A stretch of DNA of 64,000 nt from Eledone cirrhosa (Eukaryota). The stretch covers positions 293,756,001 to 293,820,000 of the forward strand of contig OZ024743.1 in assembly GCA_964016885.1 (NCBI GenBank), read 5' to 3'. A model generated the notes under the pieces. It was not told where the DNA came from and searched no databases. It was given only the letters and a program-made list of their open reading frames with translations. Shown here in pieces: positions 12,473-25,285 of this stretch (the first letter of the stretch is position 1; each line of letters opens with the position of its first letter). Made by a program: the position numbers and the translations under genes.

Positions 12473-12548
12473 GTTTAGACTTTAAGATCCAAATATGTTT
12501 CGAGTTAAATAAGTGTAGGAATATCATGTCCCGCTCTCCTCAGTAAAC
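12473..12548 (-). ncRNA. Type I hammerhead ribozyme, copy 1
   Basis: The minus strand reads GTTTA-CTGAGGA-GAG...CTC-GAAA-C ATATTTGGATCTTAAA G-TC-TAAAC. All core nucleotides are present, stem I is 5 bp, and the cleavage triplet is GUC. Confidence 0.85.
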
Positions 12549-12990
12549 ATCCAGAGACAAATTGATATGCTTCACTTCTAAATAATTTAAAAGACTGAGT
12601 GACGCACATGGCTTTACAGTATCTAACTAGTCTCATAACTGTACTGCTAGAAATAACAGTCGTATATATGAGGCGGCTTGCAGCTCAAACTAGGAGCAGT
12701 TAAAATTAATAAGGTAATGAATTCTTTTACAATGGAATCAGCTCGAAGGATGAAAAATACCCCCTGAGCAGTGTATAAATTAATATGTATGTGATGAAAC
12801 ACAGATACCAACACATCTGTATATATATTGCAAAAGAAAAATTTAGCCAGATTGAAGTATACTAATTATTATACTACAGTTTGTCCATATCGTTTTAAAA
12901 TAATAAATCAACGGAGACGAACTGTATTGCCAAGAGGCCGTGATGTTTAGACACATTTAAATTTCAAAATCAAACCTGTTCCGTAGATAA

Positions 12991-13067
12991 GTTTAGACTT
13001 TAAGATCCAAATATGTTTCGAGTTAAATAAGTGTAGGAATATCAAGTCACCGCTCTCCTCAGTAAAC
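12991..13067 (-). ncRNA. Type I hammerhead ribozyme, copy 2
   Basis: The same motif in the next unit, with core and stems identical. Confidence 0.85.
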
Positions 13068-13664
13068 ATCCAGAGACAAATTGATATGCTTCACTTCTAA
13101 ATAATTTACAAGACTGCGTGGCGCACATGGCTTTACAGTATCTAACTAGTCTCATAACTGTACTGCTAGAAATAACAGTCGTATATATGAGGCGGCTTGC
13201 AGCTCAAACTAGGAGCAGTTAAAATTAATAAGGTAATGAATTCTTTTACAATGGAATCAGCTCGAAGGAGGAAAAATACCCCCTGAGCAGTGTATAAATT
13301 AATATGTATATGATGAAACACAGATACCAACACATGTGTCTAAACATCACGGCCTCTTGGCAATACAGTTCGTCTCCGTTGATTTATTATTTTAAATCGA
13401 TATGGACAAACTGTAGTATAATAATTAGTATACTTCAATCTGGCTAAATTTTTCTTTTGCAATATATATACAGATGTGTTGGTATCTGTGTTTCATCACA
13501 TACATATTAATTTATACACTGCTCAGGGGGTATTTTTCCTCCTTCGAGCTGATTCCATTGTAAAAGAATTCATTACCTTATATATATATATACATATATA
13601 TATTAGAAAATGAGATTTTTTTTACAAATTGAAAAATAACCGAGGTGTCCTACACGAGTGACGG

Positions 13665-13920
13665 TATAAAGAAAAAGAGATGAAATCGAATATGCAACTG
13701 GAGTCTTATTTTTATTCATTTATTTTTTTAAAATAGAGGACGGGGGCAACTCAAGGAACCAGGTGGTCAACAGAGGCCTCTTAGCCATACGCCCTGGAAG
13801 GTGACGGACGTGTGAAGACAGACGCAAGCGGAAAGTACCCCCACGTGGACCAGAGAGACGCAAAAAAAAAAATAAATAAGACTCCAGTTGCATTTTCGAT
13901 TTCATCTCTTTTTCTTTATA
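13665..13920. mobile_element. MITE-like element with ~50-bp terminal inverted repeats
   Basis: TATAAAGAAAAAGAGATGAAATCGAATATGCAACTGGAGTCTTATT is mirrored at 13875-13920. The same terminus recurs at 45673-45714 next to (TA)n. Confidence 0.65.
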
Positions 13921-13921
13921 C

Positions 13922-13954
<33 letters not shown>

Positions 13955-13998
13955 GATACACACATATATATATATAGATCACATATATATACATATAG

Positions 13999-14037
<39 letters not shown>

Positions 14038-14155
14038 TATATAACATATATATATACATATATATATACATATATATATATATATACATATATATACATA
14101 TATATACATATATATACATATATATATATACGCATATATATATACATATATATAT

Positions 14156-14189
<34 letters not shown>

Positions 14190-14205
14190 ATACATATATT
14201 TATAC

Positions 14206-14238
<33 letters not shown>

Positions 14239-14462
14239 TACATATATATATATATAATCAAGGTTGAGCAAATAATAAAATGTTTCAAAATAAATTTCAA
14301 AAAATTCACTGTAGTTACTATGATTACTTTTACCGAATCGGTTTCGAGTCTCAAAAATAAACGGACAGTCCTTGCGGGCTTCCATTGAAAAGATAAAGGT
14401 TCTTTTCACTCGGAGAATATAAAATTCCCGATATATATAAATACATATATATATATACATAC

Positions 14463-14960
14463 TTATACTGGGGGAGGGTCATATTATTGTAATAATATTC
14501 CCAGAAATAATAACAGAACACACTCACTGTTTCGTTGGTTTTCGCTTCTGTATCTTTTATATCTCCATAGTTAATTTATTTGGCAATCAATGTTTATCAA
14601 TGATTGACCAATGGTTAAAAATACAGATATAAATATATATATAGAGCCTATCAAAGTTCTTTCGTTGCACACCTGCTACATCATCAGTGGTACTATTATG
14701 TTCCCTCCTATTGTATTGTAATGTCTACGCCATTTTTATTTTATTTATTTATTTCTTCTTGTCTCTGTCTTTGCACATGCGTTTGCGTGTGTGTATATTG
14801 TTTGGTGTGTGTGTTCGTGTTTGAGTGTATGTGTTTTTGTTTTTGTTTTGTATCTTTGTTCACTAGTGTGTGTTTATATGTGTTTGTTATTATTGTACTT
14901 GTGTATATATTTTTTATTTTCAAGAAGAAATAAAAAAATAAATAAAATAAAATAAGACAT
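14463..14960 (-). mobile_element. Older relative of the PLE 3' end/pseudo-LTR
   Basis: Colinear with about 3582-4095 (TTATACTGGGGGAGGGTCATATT...AACAGAACACACTCACTGTTT...). It abuts a TA repeat. Confidence 0.85.
14648..14694 (-). ncRNA. Hammerhead motif in the older PLE copy
   Basis: The minus strand reads TACCA-CTGATGA-T-GTAGCA GGTG TGCAAC-GAAA-GAAC-TT-TGATA, homologous in position to 6624-6672. Confidence 0.65.
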
Positions 14961-15170
14961 TACAAAACAATAGGAGGGAACAGCTGAGCTCCGGCAGTTT
15001 CTAGAGCTATATATATATATATATATATATGGTTTTTGAATTTATTGGCAACATTACCCTCCCAACGTATAACAATATATATATATATATATATATACAT
15101 ACATATATATATATATATATATACATACATATATATATATATATACATATATATACATATATATATATAC

Positions 15171-15230
<60 letters not shown>

Positions 15231-15236
<6 letters not shown>

Positions 15237-15287
15237 GACGAAGGCATGCCATATTTTTAATATGGTATCCCTGAAATATGTATAATG
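15231..15287 (+). ncRNA. Type I hammerhead motif between two (TA)n tracts
   Basis: TAT-CTGACGA-AGGCATGCCATATT TTT AATATGGTATCCCT-GAAA-T ATGT A-TA-ATG. Stem II pairs at 13 of 14 positions. Confidence 0.75.
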
Positions 15288-15332
15288 AAATAAATATGGT
15301 TTTATAAATATAGTTTCCATTTGTTTAATATC

Positions 15333-15435
<103 letters not shown>

Positions 15436-15534
15436 TATACATATATATATATATACATATATACATATATATACATATACATATATATGTGTATATACAT
15501 ATATAAACATATATATATATATACATATACATAT

Positions 15535-16650
15535 ATGGTGGCTGCCAACTCGTTTTCGAGTACGGCCATTACTTTATATCCATGTAGGAGAACCCCTACC
15601 GATGCGCTGAGCGAGTGTGACTTTTTAGTCCAGCCCGCAACTTGAAAACTCTGGTACAAACACTACACTTGTGACAATTATTGACACATAGTGCTGGGCC
15701 CATGGTACCCTATCACGACAAGGGCAGAGAGATCTCCAGATATAAAGCAATGCCTGTGCCGTGAAGCTTTTATAGTGAGGAAAGGCACTGCACAAAGCCA
15801 GTCCCACTCTCTTAACCAAGATGATATTTACCAAAAAGAAGAACAAGTCAACATCATTGGATACCATCAGGGTTGCAGGTGTTATATCAGAGTTTTCCTT
15901 CTCCTAGAATTCTGCCTTGACAAAGGCTAAGGGGTCATCTCTCCCGGTGATTTTGAATTGCCATTGATTTTGCCCTTTGATGTATATGTATATATATATA
16001 CATATATATATATACATATACATATATATATATACATATATATATACATATGGTGGCTGCCAACTCGTTTTCGAGTACGGCCACTACTTCATATTCATGT
16101 AGGAGAACCCCTACTGATGCGCTGAACGAGTGTGACTTTTTAGTCCAGCCAGCGACTTAAAAACTCTGGTACAAACACTGCACTTGTGACAATTATTGAC
16201 ACATATTGCTGGGCCCATGGTACCATGTGACGACAAGTGCAGAGAGTTCAGAGATCTCCAGATATAAAGCAGTGCCTGTGTCGTGAAGCTTTTATAGTGA
16301 GCAAAGGCACTGCACAAAGCCAGTCCCACTCTCTTAACCAAGATGATATTTACCTAAAAGAAGAACAAGTCAACATCATTGGATACCATCAGTGTTACAG
16401 GTGTTATATCAGAGTTTTCCTTCTCCTAGAATTCTGCCTTGACAAAGGCTAAGGGGTCATCTCTCCCGGTGATTTTGGATGGCCATTGACTCTTAAGAGC
16501 TCCTTTGCCCTTTGACAGGTTTTGTTTTTAGTCCTGCAGGATGTCCAAATTCACTCTCCTCACCAAGAAACCTTGGTGGGGTTGCCAGTTTAGTCGCCGA
16601 TGACCCGACCATGAGACAGGTTGTACTGGGATACATGTTACCAGTAGCAC
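15535..16650 (-). mobile_element. Tandemly duplicated non-autonomous LINE (RTE-like) derivative
   Basis: 15535-15980 and 16050-16513 are direct repeats separated by a microsatellite. The minus strand encodes a C2H2-like end, [23 protein letters not shown], of the kind found at RTE ORF C-termini. Confidence 0.55.
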
Positions 16651-16746
16651 CATACATACATACATATGCATATAAACACATATACACACATACATACATA
16701 TGCATATATACATACATACATATGTATACATACATACATACATACA

Positions 16747-16777
<31 letters not shown>

Positions 16778-16929
16778 GTATATATACATACATACATACA
16801 TATGTATATATACATACATACATATGTATATATACATACATACATACATATGTATATATACATATGTATATATACATACATACATATGTATATATACATA
16901 CATACATACATACATACATATGTATACAC

Positions 16930-16960
<31 letters not shown>

Positions 16961-17019
16961 CATACATATACATATATACATATACATACATATATATATA
17001 CATACATATATATATATAC

Positions 17020-17050
<31 letters not shown>

Positions 17051-17725
17051 CATACATATATATATATATACATATATACATATATATATATATATACATA
17101 TATACATATATATACATATACATATATATATATATATACATATATATACATATATACATATATATACATATATATACACACATATATATATATATATACA
17201 TATATATATACATACATATGTATATATACATACATATGTATATATACATACACATATATATACATATATATACACATACATATGCATATATATATATACA
17301 CACATACATACGTATATATATATATATATACATACATACATACGTATATATATATATATATACATACATACGTATATATATATATATATACATACATACA
17401 TAATCATATATATACATACATACATACATACATACATACATACATACATACATACGTATATATACATATATACATACATACATATGTACATATATATATA
17501 TACATACATATGTATATATACATACATACATATGTATATATACATACATACATATGTATATATACATACACATGTATATATACATACATACATATGTATA
17601 TATACATACATACATACATATGTATATATACATACATACATATGTTTACACACACACACATACATATATACATATACATATACATATATACATATACATA
17701 TACATATATATATACATATATATAC

Positions 17726-17760
<35 letters not shown>

Positions 17761-17833
17761 CATATATATACATATATATACATATATACATATGTATACA
17801 TATATATACATATATATACATATATACATATGT

Positions 17834-17890
<57 letters not shown>

Positions 17891-17923
17891 TACATATATA
17901 TATACATATATATATATCTATCT

Positions 17924-17972
<49 letters not shown>
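16651..17972. repeat. ~1.3-kb compound (TACA)n/(TA)n microsatellite
   Basis: Read directly from the sequence; it is the source of the 245-528 aa spurious ORFs. Confidence 0.97.
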
Positions 17973-17973
<1 letters not shown>

Positions 17974-18029
17974 TTTATAAATTATTCCAGCTCTGTATTA
18001 TATTTGTTATTTTACATACTTGTAATTGG

Positions 18030-18210
18030 ATAGGATTGGAAGTATCGGTTGAGGGTCGGACAACATGCTTTGCAGGACATAGTTGCGCCCCTTTATAATC
18101 CAAGTTCAAATCCTTTTATCCTACGGGGTCGATGACATAAAGCACCAGTAATGCACTGGGATCTATTTAATTGACTTCTCCTCCCCTTGTGCCTAAATTA
18201 GAAACTATTA
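18030..18210 (+). mobile_element. tRNA-derived SINE (family of 7465-7651)
   Basis: GGATTGGAAGTATCGGTTGAGGGTCGGAC...GTTCAAATCC...TTGTGCCTAAATTAGAAAC. Confidence 0.7.
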
Positions 18211-18227
18211 ATGTTACCCATATTATT

Positions 18228-18249
<22 letters not shown>

Positions 18250-18264
<15 letters not shown>

Positions 18265-19719
18265 GATGTCTGTCTGTGTAAATCCCTAAAACTCGAGAAG
18301 TACCCGACCGAATTTTTGCAAACTCTACACATGCGTTACTTATATTATTTCTTGAAGTGAAATGGGCTTTTATAAGTTTTTCTTCCCTAGGGCCCGCATT
18401 AGGCGAAAAACTGTATTCTTTAGGCATTTTTAGGCTTTTTTGAGGCGTAACTTAAAGATAATCCAGCCGATTTCCTCGAAATTTGCAGCACACATCAATT
18501 AGTCCCCCCACATTGCTGAGGAAAAAAAAATTCTGATCCCATTAATTGTTTCTAGGATATTTACGAATTAGCATTGGGCATTACATGCCATTTTTATTTT
18601 CAATATAAACGCTACTTAAACATCGTAATTAGCGTATAATATTCTGTTAAAAATTTGGTTTATTTTACAGAGGTCACAACACTCACTTTTAAGCAGGACC
18701 ATTTTCGGGGGTTGAGGAAATGAGGAGGACCTTAAAATATTTGTCGGCGCCCGGTTGACACTTCGTGCTTTCATCACGCACAAATTCGGGCCCTGTGCAC
18801 GTTGCCATGTTAATGACATCGTAAAACTCACGTTTGTGCTACTTCTTCTAAGACCCCTTTTGTCATCCGATATAACAGTGTTATAAGCACAACAACGAGG
18901 AGGTAGGTTCGTTATCACCATTTCTTTAACAAGCCTGGTTTACTTTTACTTTTATTTCTTACAAAAACGTCTGTTTCCTTTGGTCTAAGGTGAACACCCC
19001 CAGAGAAGAAACCCTCCGTTGGTTGACAATTGGCGCAACAATTTAAGGCGTATGAACAAGTCCAGAACGCATATACGGAGCCATTCTATGGGATGCCAGG
19101 GCAAGCAACCAAATTTTAAGGGCTGCCAGTGAAGGCATACAAAGTCTGTTTAAGGGCTACATGTGAACGCATACAATGACCTTTTTAGGACCCCACTTGA
19201 AATTGTTGATGGTGACCCCAATAGTAACTCCGAAGCGTTCGGCATCAGATATGACAGTTCAGTCTATATCAGATTGGGTATATTTATGATGTGGCTATGG
19301 TCTTCTGTGGGGAAGGCCCAACATGCTGTGCGGTTGCATGACATGTCTTACTCAAGCACTGCAGGCTTTGCTCTGTACAGTATGCATGCAGGTGCAATAG
19401 ACATAACTGATGAAGTCCGTCCGGATGACTGGGTGCGAATCTATAAAACTCGAAAAATACCTAACCGATTTTCTCCAAATGAAAGAAAAACTATACTCTA
19501 AGATTTAGTACGCTTAAAGAGAATCCGGCTGATTTCCTTCAGATTTTGCAGATGTTTCAAGATTCGGGCTTGCTCGTGTTCTACATTTCCAGTAGATGAA
19601 CAATCATTCTCCGAGAATAAGGGAATTCAAAAAGGTACACAGCTACATTCCTCAATCTTTCCATAAGCACGTTGCTATTTCACGTTTCCTACCCCGTGCA
19701 ATGCCGGGTTCTGCTGCTA

Positions 19720-19720
<1 letters not shown>
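18250..19720 (+). mobile_element. Non-autonomous Helitron
   Basis: The 5' end is TATATAAAACAGATGTCTGTCTG. The 3' end is the hairpin CCCGTGCAATGCCGGG followed by CTGCTAG|T. It has internal homology to 10000-11424. Confidence 0.75.
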
Positions 19721-19791
<71 letters not shown>

Positions 19792-19857
19792 TGTGGTCCG
19801 AAAGTCTAGTCATCTCCTACCAAAAAGAAATTTATATTATTATTATTAATTATAATT

Positions 19858-19980
19858 AATTGTTTCTACTTTTAGCACAAGGCCACCAATTATTCCAGTG
19901 TATTACTGGTACTTTACATTATCGACCCCGTAAGGATGAATGGCAAAGTTAACCTCGGCGGGATTTGAACTCATTCCGTA
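19858..19980 (-). mobile_element. tRNA-derived SINE, partial
   Basis: Reverse complement of the 3' two-thirds of 7465-7651. Confidence 0.75.
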
Positions 19981-20799
19981 AAGGCACGTAACAAAACAAA
20001 CAATAATGAAAGTTAAAACAATATGTAGGGGTGACCAGACTTTCGGTCCACCCTGTATATACGCGTGTTTTGTGTGTGTGTAAAGGAATGCAGCTCGAAC
20101 ATATCTGTAAATATTGTTGCTGCTGAAATAATATTAATACGGTGGACGCCATAAGTAGAAATAATTAATATAATACAATTGTTTTTGGCAGAGTTGTAGT
20201 GATGTGGGAATGCGTTGAATATGCGTTCCCTTGTGTTTTGGTGGGAGGCGGACGATATTACTTCACTATTTCAAATAAGCCAAATTTAAAATTGTCCTAT
20301 GTAAAATAACATTTTAGATTTCAGCGCCCTATGGGAATATGAGAATGTTTCATTTACTATTTCAATTCTTTTTACTTCGGCTGGACTACTGAGGGACTAT
20401 CACATTACTCTATATAAAAAGAAATTATCATGTAGCCACTCTAGCTTATTTGTTGCAGGTCGGCGGCACTTTGATGTTAGAACCCTCAGTTGCCAAACAT
20501 GCGTCTCGGAGATTCGTGTAATAATACAAATTTACCGAAACAACGGACTCGTTATTAAGATGGTAAAACACATACACGTTGTCTTATACCTGTTTATGTA
20601 TTTTATATATTTTTACGGTAATTTACACTAATTCGTTAGTATACTATATTTAGTTTTTTAAATAAAATAGCAGAACATATATTCTAAGTTTTAAATGAAT
20701 GTGTATTCCTAAAATATAGAAAACTATTATTGTTTCGTTGTCACGACTGCCTTACAGCATGTGCACACTGGGTTATTTTCCTTTTATTTGGGAGCTCCT

Positions 20800-21560
20800 A
20801 AACCGGAGAAGGAGAGATGCTCTTAATGTTCTTGTGAATCACTTGCAAGTCAACTCCTTTTAGGAAAACATGAGCAATTACGGAGTTACATAGGTCTGGT
20901 TTTCTGAGTAGGATATATTGAGAAATATTGAGTGTAGTATTAGTAAAAGAGATAGAGCAAAAGAACAGCACGTTTCGGGGCCAGACGCTGAACAATATAT
21001 TTATATCGATTAGTTTAATAGCTTTTTTTCTGAATGCCGTCTCTGATGTCAGTGTGGGTAACTACAGGGTCACACCTGATATCTGTCATTGTCGGTATCA
21101 CCTGAGGTTTGTTGAGGATTATTAATTGTTGAAGGTTGAAGTATTTTACTGACTCTGAAGTGAAGGGACAGTCTTTTAAATGCAATCTTTGTAATATTAA
21201 TTATGTGTGTTTGCTATGAGAGATCTTCAGTGATTTGGAAAGGTCCTGAGGGTTCTACTTGCATACTGCTCATTCTTAAAGAGGTTATAGTGTGATGTTG
21301 TTTTCGTAAGATGAGAAGTATTTGTATGCGTGATTTTATTTTTGTTTATGAAAGAGACAAGAGCATGATCCCAATGGAAGATGATGCTCTTGACTTCTCG
21401 CTTTATGGAATCAGTGTTGGCTTGACATGAGGTGTCTTAATTACAAGTGGGTGGTGCTTGGTTGGGCAAGGGCATGTTAGAATGAAAGGTGGTATTATCC
21501 ACAAAAGAATGTGCGTTGTTGACATGCTAGTTAGTAGGTCATTGATGTGGAAAAGGATGA
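20800..21560 (-). pseudogene. Highly decayed CR1/L2-group LINE RT fragment
   Basis: Minus-strand remnants LFHINDLLT, HSFVDNTT (FADD-like), THIINITKIA.KRL and KYFN.QQL, with many frameshifts. Confidence 0.55.
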
Positions 21561-21724
21561 GTATGAGGGATAAAATAAAACCCTAGGGTAAACCGGGGTT
21601 TATAGAGTGTGAGACAAAGAGTGTACCACCAGGGGAACAAACAAAACAAAAAAATAAAAGCAAGACGAAATGGGGTACACATCGAGGACATCAGTTTAAC
21701 GGTCGTGAGATGTGAAAAATAAAT

Positions 21725-21770
21725 TTTTCATGACTTTTCGGGTCAACAACCTTCTTAAGAAGGCTGAAAA
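21725..21770 (-). ncRNA. Decayed minimal hammerhead (PLE 3' end type)
   Basis: The minus strand reads CTTAAGA-A-GGTTGTTGACCC-GAAA-AGTC. It is close to the CTGAAGA-A-GGG..CCC-GAAA-CGTC pattern seen intact at 42672, but core G5 is mutated. Confidence 0.5.
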
Positions 21771-21850
21771 AGAGAATATATACCCACTCTGCGTCTTCCA
21801 TGTATCGAGTACACTTGTCTTCCCGCACTCAGTATCGTAGACTATATATA

Positions 21851-21928
21851 TTCCCTGACGACGGAATGATTCTCTATGTGTTCTTCGGAAAATATATTTA
21901 TTCCATTCCAGAAACTAATTAGTTGGAA
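21851..21928 (+). ncRNA. Type I hammerhead ribozyme, copy A
   Basis: TTCC-CTGACGA-C-GGAATG...CATTCC-A-GAAA-CTAATTAG-TT-GGAA. Confidence 0.8.
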
Positions 21929-22154
21929 GTGATATGGTAGCAGGCAGGCCGCTGTCTTATTAGCAAACCACTTTCCACTGATTGACCTCGATGTCACGTG
22001 ATTGATTCTTTTTGAATTTGCCACTGACGCAGAGGCAGTGATTTTCTCAATGGCTAGGAATTCAGTCCACGCTTTGCTATTTTCTATCCACTGAATTATT
22101 TTTTAATAAGTTTCCAGAGTCCACGCTTTGCCTGGATACTTAGATGAGAATAGT

Positions 22155-22234
22155 CTTCCCTGACGACGGAATGATTCTCTATGTTTTCTTCGGAAAATAT
22201 ATTTATTCCATTCCAGAAACTAATTAGTTGGAAG
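22155..22234 (+). ncRNA. Type I hammerhead ribozyme, copy B
   Basis: CTTCC-CTGACGA-C-GGAATG..TATGTTTTC TTCG GAAAATATA..CATTCC-A-GAAA-CTAATTAG-TT-GGAAG. Stem I is 5 bp, stem II is capped by a C(UUCG)G tetraloop, and stem III is palindromic. Confidence 0.85.
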
Positions 22235-22286
22235 TGATATTTTAGTAAGTAAGTTAATTTTATAATTTTCTTATTTTACGTCTCTC

Positions 22287-22371
<85 letters not shown>

Positions 22372-24760
22372 ACTGGAATGTGTGTGTGGGTGTTGTTTGC
22401 ATGCACGTAAATGCGCATTTGCGTGTGCAGGTGTACGTGTTTGTGTCAGAATTCATAGATGCATAAACACACAAGCTTCTATTGCTTTGTGGCCTCCTCA
22501 CAATAAGCTATAGAAACTAACCGTATAGAATCAGAGAAGACAGTTCAAATTATCGCACTATTGAAGAACCATACAAGAGGAATGTAGCGTGTGTCCTATC
22601 GTGGTCATATTGAAATAATGCACAAAACAAAGTTGCTCAAGTTGATTTAATCGAACAACTTGTTCTCATATTAATAGACAAGGACAGAGCTGTGAGGGAG
22701 CGAGCGACTCTCCGGTGATCTAAGTTTGTGATCCGCTTTTGATATTGCACATACATATGTGTGTGGACTATTGTTAAAGGTGTGAAGATAAAGACTGGTG
22801 TAATTTAAAAAATGTAATTTTAAGAGTAGTTAATTGATAGGCTTGGTTAGAATATTGAAGGTGAAATTTGTTTTTTTCTATGATTTTGTATGTGTTCTTG
22901 AACGAATATGATCTTTAAAGCCTTCATAAGTTACATGTTTTCTGTGGTCCACCTACTCAAGAACTCCATAACATGCGTCTCGGAGATTGGTGTAATAATA
23001 CAAATTTACCGAAATAACGTACTCATTATTAAGTTGATATTTGGAATGTTACATTTTACAGAAATGTTTTATATAAATATTTTACTCTGAAAACAAAACA
23101 AAAACAGTTCTGTATCATAGAACTAAGGGCTTTAGGCGGTTTGATATCAAATAGGTTAAGGCTTTACGAAATTGGGATAAGCTCTGGCCTAATGAAGCTC
23201 TATGCACAAGAAGGATTTTAACGCATTAAGTGCAGTATTTGATGTAACCGAAATGTTACACCTATCGACTGTCATTCCATGTGATATTCATGGAAGCTGG
23301 TGACAAAATGCTAATTTGAATACATTCTGTACAGATATCGCAAACATCGTCCAAGACTATGCTAATCATTTCACTATTCTACGGTTCTGCCCAATAATTT
23401 TTTTAAGGAGACCGAAAGGATGAAAATTAAAGTTGACTTTGTTTGGATTTGAATTTAGATATAGAGATTCAGGTGGTCTAACGAATCTTGCCATTTAGCT
23501 GCATTTATTTAGCATACAGATAGTAAAAGATTAAAGTTTATCTTCAGAGCATATCCCGGTTTCATTGACCTAAAGCGATTGAGAGTAGAAAATTCTCTTC
23601 CCAGAATGGAACACAAGTCCATCACAGGGTTAGCACCCAGCTGCTAAGAGTACCTGTTTTTAGCTGATTTGGCTAGAGAATCCTGAAATGAAATGTTTTT
23701 CAGAAGAACACAACGTGTTATCTACTCAGGAAACTGAACCCTCGAATATACGATCATGATTCCCAAACCCCTAACTACTAAGCCACTTTTGTAGTACATA
23801 TCTGGTAGTTATTTTACTAAATCTGGAATGATAAACGGAAGAGTCGATTTTCAAATGATTTGAACTTAGAACATGACACTTGGGTATTTAGTCCAACGAT
23901 GTAAATAATATATTTTAAAGATGAAAAATTAAACGAAACAGCAATAAGACAGAAAATTGCATGCAATTTTCTTTTATAAAATTATCTCTGTCAGTACCAA
24001 AAATTACTTGTCAAAGGTTTCAATGCTGCTGTTAACATGAAACATTTTGCAAGTCATAGTAGACCAACGTTGTTATATCTTAAAAGGTTATCTGAAAATA
24101 TGAGCGAAGTAAATATCTATAATGGAATTTTAGCCGAAGTAAATTATCTTGAACGTTAATGCCGTTTTCAGGAGTTAATTCCAATACCAAACAGAGAATT
24201 ATGAACAGGCTATAACATTCCTTATACGACCGACCTTCAAGTTTTAAATGACATCTGTGAATTGTTCAAGAAATTTGGTAATCTTTTTACACCCCTCCCC
24301 TGTCTCTCCCCATCTTCCTAAGATCTTCAGTTTATATATATAAAAAATAATATATTAGTCGAGATAGAGTTGTAATTGTGTTACTGCCTATGTATTTAAC
24401 TACTACGAAGAACTTGCTAAAGAATGTTGCAGATTACACTACTGATTTATTTATATAGTATATAACTTACCTATTTATATATTTGGAAGATAAAACAGGG
24501 TGACCCCCCCCCCCCCCCATGGTCTCTTCTTTCTATTATAACTGGTAGGTGGACGCCTTCATGGCTAAGTAACCACTTTGCAATCGTGAATATATACATA
24601 TATATTTATATTTGTGCATATATATATATTTATGTGTGTGTATATGTATTTTTATGTGTGTATATATATGCATATATAATTATGTGTTCACATATGTATA
24701 TATTTATGTAAACATGTAAATACTTTTGTATGTGTATTTATATTTTTCCGTGTATGTACG

Positions 24761-24801
<41 letters not shown>

Positions 24802-25233
24802 GTATGTATATACACACACAGACAGATGTATATATAGGTATGTATAAGATACGACATTGAACTCGGGAGCCAGAACGAATGCCGTAAGGCATCTGAAAAG
24901 ATAAGTCAAAGTTGGCTTCGGGCTGATTTGAACGAAGAGCAGGAACTCGTACTGGAAGTCACGACGACTCTGTCAGTTCACTAAAAAAAATCCACATATG
25001 TTTAGAAAAAGGAAAGAGCATTGGCTTGTGACGTTGAAATATTAACTAAATATCAATAGTAAATGTAGTTGGGGAATTAATAGGAAATATTTACAGCCTT
25101 AAACGATATATTGCTTGAAGATTAGACTCTTGGAGTCGTCCAACTTATTTTTATTCCGAAAGGAATACGCCACGTACACTTATAGACACGAATGTATATG
25201 CTTGTGTGTATGCATATATATGTGTGTATGCGC

Positions 25234-25285
<52 letters not shown>

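Larger units (their letters stand above)
21851..22240 (+). mobile_element. Retrozyme-like element: two 85-bp hammerhead-containing direct repeats, 305 bp apart
   Basis: 21851-21935 and 22156-22240 differ at about one position. The element has no credible ORF and has TA repeats on both sides. Confidence 0.82.

Noticed and set aside
16493-18098. Long ORFs (up to 528 aa) rich in Y/I/H/T/M/C/V, also at 11355-12298, 25684-26955 and elsewhere
   Set aside because: They are translations of (TA)n/(TACA)n microsatellites, which lack stop codons in some frames.
19407-19445. CTGATGA-AGTC..GACT hammerhead-like start
   Set aside because: No GAAA follows the stem, and it lies within Helitron internal sequence.
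20965-20990. CCCGAAACGTG on the minus strand
   Set aside because: There is no upstream CUGANGA, and it falls in LINE coding remnants.
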